Positions 38,201 through 51,156 of a stretch of 64,000 nucleotides of DNA are shown one piece after another (position 1 is the stretch's first letter; the number at the start of each line of letters is the position of its first letter). Made by a program: the position numbers and the translations under genes. Source of the stretch: Lepidodermella squamata (lineage: Eukaryota > Animalia > Gastrotricha); NCBI GenBank assembly GCA_047495785.1, contig JBLDXI010000009.1, forward strand, positions 186,001 through 250,000, given 5' to 3'. The notes under the pieces were generated by a model. That model ran no database searches and had not been told where the DNA came from. It was given only the letters and a program-made list of their open reading frames with translations.

Positions 38201-40964
38201 CTACAATTACCGACAGCCGACCAAGTTGTGTGCCATCATCGCAGAATTCATTTATTTTGCGCGCACTACGCCGCCATGCATATGCATGCTTACGCGTGTG
38301 CGTATCGCAGCGCTGCGCCTATCGGTACAGTGCCGGCGCGTTCTGCATATCGCGCTGCGTGACTGCGCCTATAATAGTATACGATTTTCGGTTGATGCGT
38401 GTCAATTCAGTAAGTAAAATCGCTGTGCTCACAAACATGCTCTTAGCCAGAAGAAATTTGTCGGCGCCGTCATCTCGCCACACGTTGCCAGCATGCGCAT
38501 GTCGATCTTTTGCGAACGCGCCTCGCGTTAATAACACGACATATTGCGCGGATTCGCCGCGTAGTGAGAAAAAATGCGAAAGGTCACAAATACACACGCG
38601 CGCAAAGCTGCACATCACAACACATTACTTGTGTATGCAGCAACGAAGTATATGCGTAGTAAGCCAAGCCTAATCGATTGTTTTCGCACGGCTATTGATC
38701 GGCATTGTGCGCACGGCGGTAGTGCAGCACTGTCGCCGCTCCGTCGGTTGATACTCACTGCGTTAGCAGGGTGAGTACAAGATACACACGCGAGCCACAT
38801 TAAAGCGCGACTGCTACCCGAATGCGATTTTATTCAGCGCAATGGCATAGCGAAGAAGAAGCCGGCGAACAATACCCCAGCTGCAAATAACGCGCCACCG
38901 CAGCCGAGAGAGAGAGAGTAAAAACCAAGCACTCTTCGGCGGCTGATCGCTCAGTGACGGCTATTTTTTAGTCCGCCCATTCGTTCGCGGCTTCTACGAG
39001 CGCCACTATGTATCGCGCGTGTCTCAGCGGGATCGCGCAAAAAATGCGCGCAGCTGGCGTCTTTATTTCCTGAATGCCGGCCTGCTGCTGCTGTTGCTGG
39101 CGACGAAAGTTGGCGCTCCATTGAAAGCTGACGCTATTTCTATGTATGCTATTTTTAGCGCTGCTGAAGTGCTCGCCGGCGAAGGCGCGCGCTCACGGGA
39201 CTGCTTACGAGCAACACAACTCACTACATACAAGCCGCACACGATCTTGCCTTGTTACGTGCCAATATCAGGAACCCCAGCAGACGCAGAAATGCAACGA
39301 AATAAGTAACGGAAAACAGACTGCCGTAAAAAAATGGAGGTTTGCGAGGAAAAAACCTTTTTATTCAACGAGAGCTGAATCAACACTTCCGATACCAAGC
39401 TAATGCATAAGGACCAAAAGAGAGAACGAAGAAAGGAAAGAGAATAGTGATACTGTGAAATACGGTGGAACGTGGCTAAAATTCACTCGAATCGTTATAT
39501 TGTTATTATAGCGCTATTTCGGGATATGATGCAGTCGTCGCATAAAGTCGAGCCGCTATCTATCGCTCTCTATTTCTTTTTTTCTCGCAGACACTCTTAT
39601 TGATGCGTAAGTATCTCGAATATTTTTCTGCTGCATTGCAGCCTAATAAATAAACTGAATATCCGCACGCAGCGTAATAACATAAGTAAGAGTTTGTAAT
39701 GCTATTGCGAGTCAAACGGGAGTCTAACACGAGAGCTATTCGGCTGCTTAGCCGAGCGGCTCATCATCATCATCTTATTCGTCAAAAACCAACATCGAGA
39801 GCGGCGGCGGCAGCGGCGGCGGCGTGAGAGCCGGAGCGCAACATCGTGATTGCAACGGCGGGTCGATCCTGTAGTGTGCGAATCAAGAAAATAATCCTGC
39901 CGATAGCTATAAATAACACGGCTCAAAATGATGCGAGTAGTACTGGTTAAAAAGCTAATGCAATATTATATAAATTAGCTAGCGAAGATGTTGTCGACTC
40001 GCATTGGAGAGGCGTGTTGGAATAGCTAACTATATATCGGAACCGGTCGGGCGTAGTCGAAGTGCGATGCTGTTCGCCATCGAGCCGTAACCAATTCCTG
40101 TTATGCCCATGTGCTATAGCAGACTCGTTATATAGCCGTTTTTCTCATCTTGCAGCGTAATGAGATCTAAATAACCTAATAGGGTGCATAGGATTTATGT
40201 TCTAAAAATAGCCGCATTCTGTAGTGTACATCAATGTAGCTATAAATTAAAATAAATATACACCGGGATCCAGGTTAGCAGCTAATCGCCTTCTTTTCCG
40301 CAAAAAAAACGTTCGAAGTGTGCCATAGATAAAAAAAACCATCTCTACCGCCTGTTTAAATTGCCCTCGTTTAGTAACCTGGTAAAATATTCCCCTGGAA
40401 ATACACACTGCTGCAATCTTGAAACTTGCAGGGAAAGATCGGCGGTAGGCGGGGTTCTTTCTACCGCTTTTCAATACTAAGATACTTATACTTATTTTAG
40501 CAATATTGCTTCCTTACTTTGACTGAAAGAAACAAAGATATCATTGCGTGAAAAGTTGAATAAAAGCGTGGTATCTCGTATCTCTGATCTGCTGCCTTGT
40601 TCCTGAACCTTTTAACCCTTTCACGGCGGGAAGGTCGATTTCGGAATTTCGACTTTGACAGTGCACCAAAATCTCAATTTGATGACGAATTTTTGATCGC
40701 CCTTTTGAGCAATATTACTTATCGATGTTGGATATAAGAATTTTAAACAAACATACCGCTACCTCGACCGTTTGAAACTTTGGTCATTTTAAAATTGGTT
40801 ACTGGGATCTTATATTTTCCTACTCCATTCAAATTTAATCGAACCGGTCGAAATCGCCCTATCCGCCAGGACTTATACAGGCTGAGTGCGCGATTTTTTT
40901 GCTGCAAAAACTGTCGCCAGGAAAAACTGGATAAGCTGAATACTGATCTGAATACTAAAACTTA

Positions 40965-41056
40965 GCCGAACTGCAGCTGTACTTGTATGAGCTTGAACGC
41001 TACGCCAAAAACAATGGTCTCACATCAATCAACGTGGCTAAATCCAAAGTCATGTA
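40965..41056 (+). mobile_element. Short non-LTR RT fragment
   Basis: Frameshifted ELQLYLYELERYAKNNGL/INVAKSKVM matches the LxINxxKTKVM RT motif. Confidence 0.5.
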
Positions 41057-42242
41057 AAGACATGAGGAAAAAGCTTAGATGCACGACAGAGTCTGGTAGT
41101 GGTGAACGGGGTAACGCCGTGTTGAGAGGGCCAACGGTGTGGCTGTGAAGGTGGTACGTAGCAAAGGTGTGGGTGCTGCGAAAGCAACAAAAGAAAATGT
41201 CCCAATAAAATGCGCGAGCACTCACGAAATAGCTTGATTAGTGGTTTAAAAGGGATCGACCGGTGAGCCAGTGTCGAGACAAGCCAGTTTCCACATAAGC
41301 GTTCGTACATTGTGGCGAACTGAACCCAAGGAAAGCTATGAAGGACGCGGGTGACGCGGTCGAGGTTCCTGTCACAACAGGTTCCGGTGCCGTGCCCTGA
41401 CCCGATTGGTGGACCGGAGCATAGACGCCTTTCGCAGTTGACCGATTACAGGTCAAATGTTGGTGTCGGTGCGAGTCGATACGAAAATACCTAATAAATT
41501 TTCATTCAAACAATTTACCGACGACCAAGTCAAGATGGCTCTAAACTGAATTGGCAACGACAGGTTTTGACTGCATTCCGGAATGGGTGCTCAAATGATC
41601 GAAACGGGCTATCTCTTGGCATCTCGTGTCATTATTTAACTTGATTTTATTCGACGAAAATAATCAACGGTGTGGAAAACGACGGTTGTTACTCCTTTAC
41701 ATAAAAGCGGTCCATTTAACGAAGTCAGCAACTACCGACCTGTGTCGATTCTCGCCGATTCTTCGAACCTTTTATAAAGGGTCATTATCGAGCAGATCGA
41801 GTCTTATCTATAAATAACACGCTTCTTTTCGCCCAGTCAGTTGGGATACGCTGTGAAGCTATGGGACTAATGGGAAGTATTCCTTCTCAAACCTTGCCTT
41901 CAAATGCATGGACAGAAGACAGAAATACTCTGAAAATGATGGCGAACGGAGTTACCTAGGATACCTAGGATAGGCTGACAATGTCATGGCTCAATCATGA
42001 GACCTACTGTAAGTCTCATGGGCTCCATCAGTTGACACAAACCTGAAGCCATTGAAAACGATACAAGATCGAACATTCAGGATTATAATGAAAGCTCCGA
42101 AACACGCCGACGTCGAACCGCTACGCAAGCAGTTACGATGGCTCCCGATGCACCAAAAGCGTACCGTACACATAATATCAACTCTGGTCTGGCACTGCAT
42201 GAACGGCGAGGCTCCCGAATATCTATATGCGAAATTTTCGTA

Positions 42243-42699
42243 CCGTAATTTGGGGTGACTTTGGTTAGTGCGGGGTGACATAAGCATATGTTTTTGCGAT
42301 CGACTTTCAATCGATAAAATCTTCGCAAGTTGACAAGTTGACTCCCTCAATATGGATGTCGCCGGAAAGCCAGTAACGAGTAGAAACAGATAATGCAGTC
42401 AAGGTCAAGTGCAGTCAGCCATCAGGAACAAGCATTTGATCGCATGGATTCCTTTGGTTAGTCACCCAAATTCTACCGGAAATCGAACGTTTTTTTTTAA
42501 CTTTACCTGTCATTTTATACTCGGTAATAAGTCTGACTGGTGTATATTGTACTTATCTATGTCTGGCTTTCCTTGGGCTATCCAGCGGTATCCCACTCAT
42601 GGGGTCTTCACCTTGCCGGCTTCGATATTTGAGTGGCTAAAGTCACCCCTTTTGACATGTCGAAGTCGCCCCACTGGCCAAAGTCACCCCAAATTACGG
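42243..42699. mobile_element. pogo-like MITE inserted in the LINE
   Basis: TIR CCGTAATTTGGGGTGACTTTGG at both ends, TA flanks (42241-42 and 42700-01), subterminal GTCACCCC repeats. Confidence 0.85.
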
Positions 42700-42803
42700 T
42701 ACGAAAAGCTTTTGACCCGGACCAACCAATGACTCGAAGCTTGTTCAACAACACCCTCGTCGTTCTTACTTCCGACTTTCTGAAACGGCTCTGAATATAT
42801 CTA

Positions 42804-43543
42804 CAGGGTGGCCGACAGTGTTGGGGATTTGATTTCTCAGATTTGATTTGATTTGATTTTAGACCAGTTTTTACTATGATTTGATTTCAGGGATTGATTT
42901 AAAAAAGCAAAGATTTGATTGGCGCGAAAAAACTTGATTTTGGGGATTTCAAAATCAAATAACGGCAATTAACACCGTGGGGAAAATACTGACCAGTGTT
43001 CGCAAACTGGCGAGATAATCATAAGAAACTTCAATTTTTATGGGTTTAAACGCATTCTTGTAAAATAACTTCTTTTTGACATCAAAATTGACCTAATTTC
43101 TGCAAACTTTGCTCATGCTCCGGTGAGAAGTGATGTAATGAGATGTGATTATCACTGATCCAAGTAAAAACCTGATAACGATGGTCCAAGTTTCGGGCAG
43201 TTGATGTCTTGGACATGTTTTCCCAGTGTTTTTGGGATTTCCAGAGATTTATACGATTTTGGGATTTGATTTCATCGTCTTGAGATTTGATTTTGGGATC
43301 AAAAAATGATTTTAGAGGGAGAGAGATTTGATTTCGATTTTGATTTAAAATCAAATCCCCAACACTGGTGGCCGAAAAATTTCGCAGAGCGGGAATTCGT
43401 TGCGCATCAATTTAATGAGGAGTTTTAAGAAGTTGAAGAATTTCAAGCATTCTTTTGCCAATGGAACTCCTCAATTTCTTGAAATTCCTCATTAAAATGA
43501 TGCGCAGCGAATTCCCGCTCTGCGGAATTTTTTGGCCACCCTG
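42804..43543. mobile_element. Palindromic Tc1/mariner MITE (~180 bp) interrupted by a hAT element
   Basis: CAGGGTGGCC...GGCCACCCTG with TA flanks. Long near-perfect inverted arms appear once the inner element is removed. Confidence 0.85.
42816..43367. mobile_element. Non-autonomous hAT element (552 bp)
   Basis: 20-bp TIR CAGTGTTGGGGATTTGATTT, exact 8-bp TSD GTGGCCGA (42808-15 and 43368-75), GATTT subterminal repeats. Confidence 0.9.
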
Positions 43544-44818
43544 TATGACATTCTGCACGGACATTTTCAAGACACCTTGATTTTGGTTTGACTTAGGATC
43601 GACTAACGTTGGTCCTCCTCCGACACTCAGTATGGTTGGAGGAACACCATCATCCTTCAGCCATACTGGGTACACCGAAGTGACTTTTATTTCGTTATGT
43701 GTACAGGTTTCTTTTTTGTCTTTTTGCTCTAAACGAAATAAAGAAGATGTTATGTTATGTTATGTTACTCTGCACGGAAACTAGCGGCTGCACTTTTTTT
43801 AGAGCTTGCAAACTTTGATATCATGCTATTCAAATAAATAAATAAATAAATCAGACCTTGTCACTTAGGTGCAGTGTCAAGAACATTCCTTGCAGGTAAA
43901 AACCCAGATTTTTTGCACTCATCCCATATCTTTACTCTTTGAATTGGCATATTAAACATGGCTGAAATATAAACGAAGAAAAATCATCAACAATTTGGAC
44001 ATTTTTTACATAATCATGACGTGAAAGTCTCATATTTCATCAATAGAGGGCATTTTGAAGTTTTCATTACCGTGCATTAGGTGTTGCGTTTATGATCAAA
44101 TAAAAGACAACAGCAAGTCAATTTGAAAACAATAATTCGATTCGATAATAACCAAACTACCGACGAACAAATATTTAGTAAGAGCAGCATTTCATAAAAT
44201 TCAAAGCGATTGAAGACGCCATTTTACAGCTTGTACATATCAACAGTCAATCGCGATTTGGAATTATATTATCAGCCTCGGACATTTTTGCGCTCACCGC
44301 GCAACACACATTTTATCAATAATGATGCTATAAATTATTTCTTCCCACTTCTTCCACAAAATAAAGGATTTGATCATACCGACGAAGTTATTAGTCGGCG
44401 ATACATGTTGCTATTTGCCACGTGTGGCCGCCATAGAAAATACCTCGACTGACGAATAAACTAGCTTATTTACATGTCTTTTCAAGCATCTGTCGTTAAC
44501 ATCAAGTCTTCACTTGTCAAACTTAGCGCCAGCATCAAGTATTGTCAGGTATGTTTCAACGTAGCTCTACAGCAAGCCTGCCCGTCAAGTTTCCACAAGT
44601 GAACGGTGCCGCCTGAAAAGTTCTCGAACACGCGAGAGAATTTTCATAAAGAGAATTGATCGAAAACATGTTCATTTTCTACATCCGGCGCGTCCTATTC
44701 AGCCTCGACTGAACGAACAAGAAAGCACATTCTAGTCAGCGGCATTACCGATACTTCAACTTTGCACAAAACAACCGAATTACGGTAGATGAGTAAAAAA
44801 CGACCCGTTTCCGTGAAA

Positions 44819-46858
44819 TCATCGACGAGGCATGGGTGGGAACATGAATGGATTGGGCGGCATTTGCGGCATGCCTGGGTTTTGCCACGGCGCTGCCGAC
44901 TGATTCGAAGCTGACAATGAGCGTGAACCCGGTAGCCCACCGAACAGAGAATTCAACTGCATTTGCACAGCAGCGGCCGCCGCAGCCGAGCCCTGATCAC
45001 CCGAGGTAGCCGGACCCGCCGGAAAATGCGGGGCCGAGGTCATTGTACTTCCCATGCCGTTCGCGAAGCCAGGCGCATGCTGCCGTGAGGACGCGCCAGA
45101 CGAGGGCGGTGCAGATGCAGCCAAGGCTGCCGCTGCGAGGAATGGAGCGAAAGAAGCGTCGAGGAGAGACGCCGGTTCTGGAGGGTTGAGCTGCCGGTTC
45201 ATGGGCTGCGCTCCGAAATTGGGGTGAGCAGAATTGTGCGCCATGCCGGACGTAATACGCATCTCCGAGGCAGATGATGTAGATGAGGTAGGTGCGAGTA
45301 GTCTCATCATCTCCATGAAGTGAGCGGGACCGGAATTGCCAGCATTTCCCAATGCTGACGAAACGTTGGATGAGACAGGCCCTCCCGATATCAAAGATTC
45401 AACGCTGCTGGCGAAGGCCTGAACAGCGCGAGCGGCACTACTCTCGTTGGCCGCCAACAGGTGATCGGTTTGCCTGCGTTTGCTATCCACGCCACCACCC
45501 ATGGACTGCTGCAAATGCATGAGACCGGCCGAGGGCGGGTTCATCAGCTGCCTCGCCGTCGATCCAAAGGGGTCGCTGTTCCTGCCCAACATGGAAGGAC
45601 CATTGGACGATAAATTACCAACTTGCATGTGAAAATTCGGTGGCCACATGGCCGCTGAGCTTGCAGCACCTGTTTGTGTGTTACCAGCGGCAGCAGGTGA
45701 CCTCGTAGGATGCCCGTCAGCTCCGGCTCGATCTAGCGGCATGCCGAGCTGCATTGCGGCCCCCAATCCGTTTCGCTGCTGCTGATGCTGTTGCTGCTGT
45801 TGCTGCTGTTGATGATGCTCCGGTATTGTCATGTTTTGCTCGCGAAAATTAGCGCCTGTTGGTAACGCGGCTTTCTGAGACGTCTGGCTTGTCAGCGCTA
45901 GAAACGCAGAAGGAAGTATTGATTCGAGGAGATTTTCTGCAGACATAAGGCAATAAAATAATGAATGAGGTAAGACTGGGATATAAATCATAGCTTGTTT
46001 ATAGCAAGCGAACCTGGTCTTTTCGTAGCGCCATCACGCGATTGCGCCAGCCGTTTGCCGAGCGCATCAGCCGATAACACATTAGGAACAGCTGAAGGCA
46101 CCAAGGATGCAGCCCGGCCGGCTGGGGCACTTTTTGAGGAATCGCTGCCGGGATTTTGTTGCTGCTGTTGCTGATATATAAACCACGCAATTCGCACATG
46201 CGCCGTACACCATATGCCGCGCTTCTATCAAACGAAACAAACAAAACGCAAGAAGACTTAGCCATTCATTGCAACAAAACACTTTCATCAATTACACACC
46301 TTCGCATCACTTGGCTGAGACGCTCCATCCACTGGCAATTTGCCAAGCCGCTGTTCGATGTTATGTTGAGCAAAATTTTGATAGGGCCGCTTCATGCCTG
46401 CCAGACTTGACGAAGCAGCGGCAACTGCAGCAGCGTTAGCGGCGCTTTGCTGGGCTGACGTGGTCTCTCGTAAATTTTGCATCGCTGCGCCCATTTGAGG
46501 GTGAAGCAAGCGATGATCGCCGAATCGGGCAGTCTACAACAATGAAGTAAAATCAAGTTATGATCTAGGAAATTGAACCCAATAAAAGCTAACATTCATG
46601 CCCAATATGCTCGTATCGATACTGGAGGCGCCGACGGGTGGGCGCATTAGAGATCCTTGACGCAGTCCCTGCGAGACCATGTCGAAAGGCCGCGGCGCGG
46701 CGTAAGGTTCGCGTTTCAGCGATGCCTCCAAGGGATTTTGCTGACTCAGCATCGACTGTTGCGCGGCGAATGCATTATGAGCGCTCAACTGTGCCATCAT
46801 TCCAGGGGCTCCAGCTTTCATTGCCATCATTTGAGGAATACTAGCGTTAAAAAGCTGT

Positions 46859-46890
<32 letters not shown>

Positions 46891-49800
46891 TTGTTGTTGT
46901 GACTGTTGGCGCTGGTCTGCCGGAAGGCGATTAGTAGCTGGCGATGGGGATGAGCGACGATCAGATGCCAAATTATGGTTGCTGTTCGAGTTTTCTATTG
47001 CTGCTCGAGCTGCTATCGCCAGAAGGCGACCCAACCATTCGGTAGGTGGATGTGCGCTATTCGGCGCAGCTAGAAAGCAGGAAATACAACAAAAGTGTTA
47101 TTAAAACTCCAAGGCGTTCACAATTTACTTTTTCCAAGGTCACTTGGGAGTTTGCTCAACGATGGTAGAGACGGACTTGCGTTGTTGTTGGTAGAGGCAA
47201 CAGACAATGGAGGATCAGCAGCGCCCGTCGCTCTGGAAATAAACGTTAAGAGTTATCAAAATGGCGGATTAGAAGGGGACAACAAAACACGCACGTTTGA
47301 GGGACAATGTTGATAGTGACATTCGTGGGAGATGGCGATATTTCCTCCTTAGGAACATCACTAACAGCTACCGCGCTTCCGCTGGGATCTGGCGATGTTA
47401 ACCCGGTAGATTCACGCATTGTGATGACAGGTACGCCATTGGCTGCACCAGACTCAGCAACCGCACGGTTAGGCGGACCATTTGATAGGTCGGTCGGTTT
47501 TTCGTCCTCCTCGTCACTGGTTCTTGCACAACGGTTTTCTGCCGTTTCGCCTTCTCCCTTATCTTGGTCGTTTGCTGCTGCTGTATCATCCGCTACAACC
47601 GACGTGTCGCCTTCTTTGCTCAAATCTACGTAAAGAACTGGCGAGGCGGCCGATGATGGCGAAGGAACAGGATCCTCGACGAAACAATCTGCCACGGCGA
47701 TAACCGGCTCACTCTTGTCGTCGGCGACATCCGCATTCTAAAATGTAAACAGTATTTATTTAATAACAAAAAATTTCCAGACTGATCAAACGTTAATTTT
47801 GTCATTAAAAAAAAGAAATTCATATTTTTTGCATTTGGCGTACTCATTAATGTGAACCTAAACGCAGCGTTATACGCATTGCTATTTTATACCGCAGAGG
47901 GAGACCGATCAACATATTTTCAACGGGAATATGAGTCAATTTGAGTAAGAAATCGTTAGCTTTATTGGCAGCGCATCAATTGTTTCTATTTTAAACTTTT
48001 GCAACCTTTCGACGCTGTACGCAACGTCGCCTGACATCGTGGTTCGATAAAGCTGATTGAAGCGCTGTCAATAAAGTTGTGTACTTTGAATCGAGGGACA
48101 CTTATCCCACTAGAATTGTGAAATGAAAAATCCACCTTATAAAACATTAGCAAATGCTACATCGGGCCCCATGCCCTCAACAGTTCGCCATAGACAGAGC
48201 GACAGAGGAGAAAGAAGAAAGAACATCTAGCTCTTACCAAATCGTCAGGGTTGACATCAGCCGCCTCCACTGTCACTGGCTGAGATGGCGGCGGAGGAGA
48301 TTGGTGCGACAAAGTCGATTCCGCAGCTGGCTCCATGGCGCCCTGAAGGGCAAATGTTGCCATTAAAGCAGCAATACTCAGGGCTCAAGTTATTAAACTA
48401 GATAGATTGGCCACGAAAGCCATGAAAATATTTAACCAAACACCATATGAAATAATGGTTGGATTCATTTGCCTGAATTAAAATGACAACTTTGAGAAAT
48501 ATTGGAAATGAGCAATTCGCAGCGGAAGAAGACCTACGACAGTACTAGCAAACGTCATGACTTCCGCGTAGCGCAAAGAGTGGAAGCGCATATAGAAGTG
48601 GGCGAGCCAACGCTAAACTGGCGAGCAGACATCCTCTTTCTTGAACGGGCCACGGAAATGCTCGCAATGAGTGCATCTAAAAGGCACACGATGGATTGAT
48701 GAATATGACGCGCTGACCGCCGCAGATTAGGCCAGAGCTATGGCGCAAGTCTCATGTGGAAACATTTTCACATTTCAAGTAACGATGACGAATGATTTGA
48801 AGGTGATAATAAACTAAAACAACCAACGAATCTTTAAGGAGGATAGGACAGGTAGAGTTGGGAAGAATCCTGAGCGCCTGCTTGTTCATTTGTAGATTTT
48901 GAATTAACAGCGATGTAAATAATAAGCGCGGCAATAATTCGAATTTATCGTGGATAAGCAATAACAAGCACTCACAGAAGCAAACCGGCGGGCCGCAAGG
49001 AAGACAAATAACGGAAAGAGGCGAAATGCATGAAATGGTTGCAATATTGGATGAGTCTAGCACGCGATCGTCTAAAATCTATAGCTTTATATCCTGCACC
49101 GTCGGAAAAAATGCATGCACGAACTACTGAAGGGAAGTTGTCGCTGAGATATTGTAATAGGGCGAGAAGTTCATCCACTGCAGAACACAACCCCCAAGTT
49201 ACCACACTGACATTTCCTAGTTTCGCCAACTTAAAAACAGTTTTGCTGATTACAGATGCGTATTTTGGCGTGATCGATTGCACTGAGCTAGTAAGTATGA
49301 CATCTTTGGAAAGGCTGACCGAAAAAGCACGAATAACTACACATGCAGCGAGACCAATAAATCGAACACATTCTGTCAACTTCCTAAAATAATGAGCACA
49401 GAAATTCACAACAACGCGTAGTCATGCCAGGACAGTTGGAATGAGCCGCAAACACATTCACACAGAGCCACGAGCGAGTGTGAAAACTGCGCAGGTGCGC
49501 GGCGGTCATAATGCATTCCCATGAAAGAACCAAGTCTGGCACCGCCCGGCGCATCGCACGTCTTAAATAATTTATGATAAAATCAATAAATAATTCAGCC
49601 CTTATTTTGCAAAGCCAATCAAAGACCAATGTATTGCACGGAAATCGCCATGAGAACAGGTATGAGCACGAGACAGATACACTAGTATAAGAAAGGGGAA
49701 TGACATGTGAATACGCAGATACAAAGCGGTAGTGACGAGTCAAATAGCTTCTAATACAGTGAACGCAGGCTGAACTTCCGTATCTGGCGGAATCAATAGC

Positions 49801-51156
49801 TCAAACAATTTGTGAGAACGGCAAAAAATGATGGATCTACGTGCCGTCTTATTCAGTTTAACTCGCCGCGTCGAGTCAACATCACCAATGGGAAGTCGTA
49901 ACACCAATCAGTGGTCGAACGATGCCAAGATCCAAGATCTAGTTCGCAGCAAGGACAATTTCAAAAAGAACAAGACGTATGCAGCTTTTCTCATTTATTC
50001 GAGGGGGCAGACGAGAAGATCGCGCACGTGTTGAAGAAGGTACCAAGAACAGAGACGACGATATGTCATACGATATTCTAATGCATGTGCAGCATCAACA
50101 AACGTCTCCGATAACAGATTAGCGAATGAGCATGCGCAGCGCTCGCTCATCATCTTCTTCCTCAGAAACAACTAGGCAGATGTAATTTTATACTTGGCAC
50201 TAAAAGCATATGACCGAGGAAAATTTTGTTCGTGAGCGCCTCGCCGAGTGTATGAGCGAAAAATTAATTAATCTCCCTAGCGCCAGTCTAGCATTGCGTA
50301 GGTTACACTGCTAACAGACACGAGCGAAATGACTCGGTTAGAAGGAAGTGATAGACTAACCTATACAGCCGCAGAAAACACTACTATTAGCCATGTCGCT
50401 AACAGGCGGAATGTAAGCTGAATTTAGGTTTCCGTCCCATCATAGCATTAGATGAGTGCCGATATGATCATGCTGTAAGCGTTTAAAACTGCTTACACAG
50501 CTGGCTCATCAATAAATAAACAGAACCCGAAGCGTCGCGTTAGTAGGCGATAATTTTGCCGGCACCTTAATTTTCTTAGCCAAAGTAACTAACCCGGTTT
50601 TCCGACGATTCGAGTGGGCTGCCAAGTCGTTGCGCCGATGATGATTCAACGCCTTCATCTGAAAGGAGAATTTGTCAACGAAGTAAAAATACGTCAACGA
50701 AGACTAACCTGATAAATGACGCGATGTTTCGGATTTCGATACTGTTTGAGCAGCGGGCAGATAGGCTGAATCATTATTAGCGCGACTACTATCTTCGGTG
50801 CGTTTCCGACGCGGATTTGCACTCTGAGTAGGTAAGCGTCGTTTATTTTTTGCAGTTACATCTGCATCAGAGGGTCTGGGTGGTTCAAGCTTTGAAACGT
50901 AAATCTGAACAGAAACGTCTTAAGTTTACAACCAGGCTGACTGTCGCATCAATACCTTCAAATCTCGCAGGCTTAGAAATGTTTCAACTGCAAAGCCGTC
51001 TATGATGCATTCTTCTACCTCGGCGGCTAGAACAGATGCTATCGCCGAATCGGATTCATCGCTAAAAGGAATCATGTCGTGGAACAGCAAATTTTTCTCG
51101 CTGTTGGTCGAGTTTTGAGGGAATAATTGAGCATTTTCTGAGAAATTATCGACCAT
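44819..51156 (-). CDS. AUTS2/FBRSL1/FBRS (tay bridge) family nuclear protein, multi-exon, Q/P/A/S-rich
   Basis: Two family motifs: EECIIDGFAVETF (cf. EEDIIDGFAMTSF) in exon 1 and KRGIWCTAHVRIAWFIYQQQQ (cf. KWCAMHVHIAWQIYHHQQ) at ~46160-46224. Phase-compatible exons; polyQ tracts. Confidence 0.85.
46853..46900. repeat. Coding (CAG/CAA)n polyglutamine tract
   Basis: CTG/TTG run on the + strand; additional tracts at ~45775-45815 and ~46157-46174. Confidence 0.9.

Larger units (their letters stand above)
41500..43767 (+). mobile_element. Decayed L2/CR1-group LINE with nested DNA transposons
   Basis: TGFDCIPEWVLK, VWKTTVVTPLHKSGPFNEVSNYRPVSIL and LRKQLRWLPM..LVWHCMNGEAPEYL. Ends with AATAAA followed by an (ATGTT)4 tail. 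The RT core is deleted. Confidence 0.8.

Noticed and set aside
38107-38673. 188-aa ORF
   Set aside because: GTG start and a Cys/Arg/Ala-rich composition typical of chance ORFs in CG-rich DNA.
40613-40640. TTAACCCTTT piggyBac-like end
   Set aside because: No matching right end seen.
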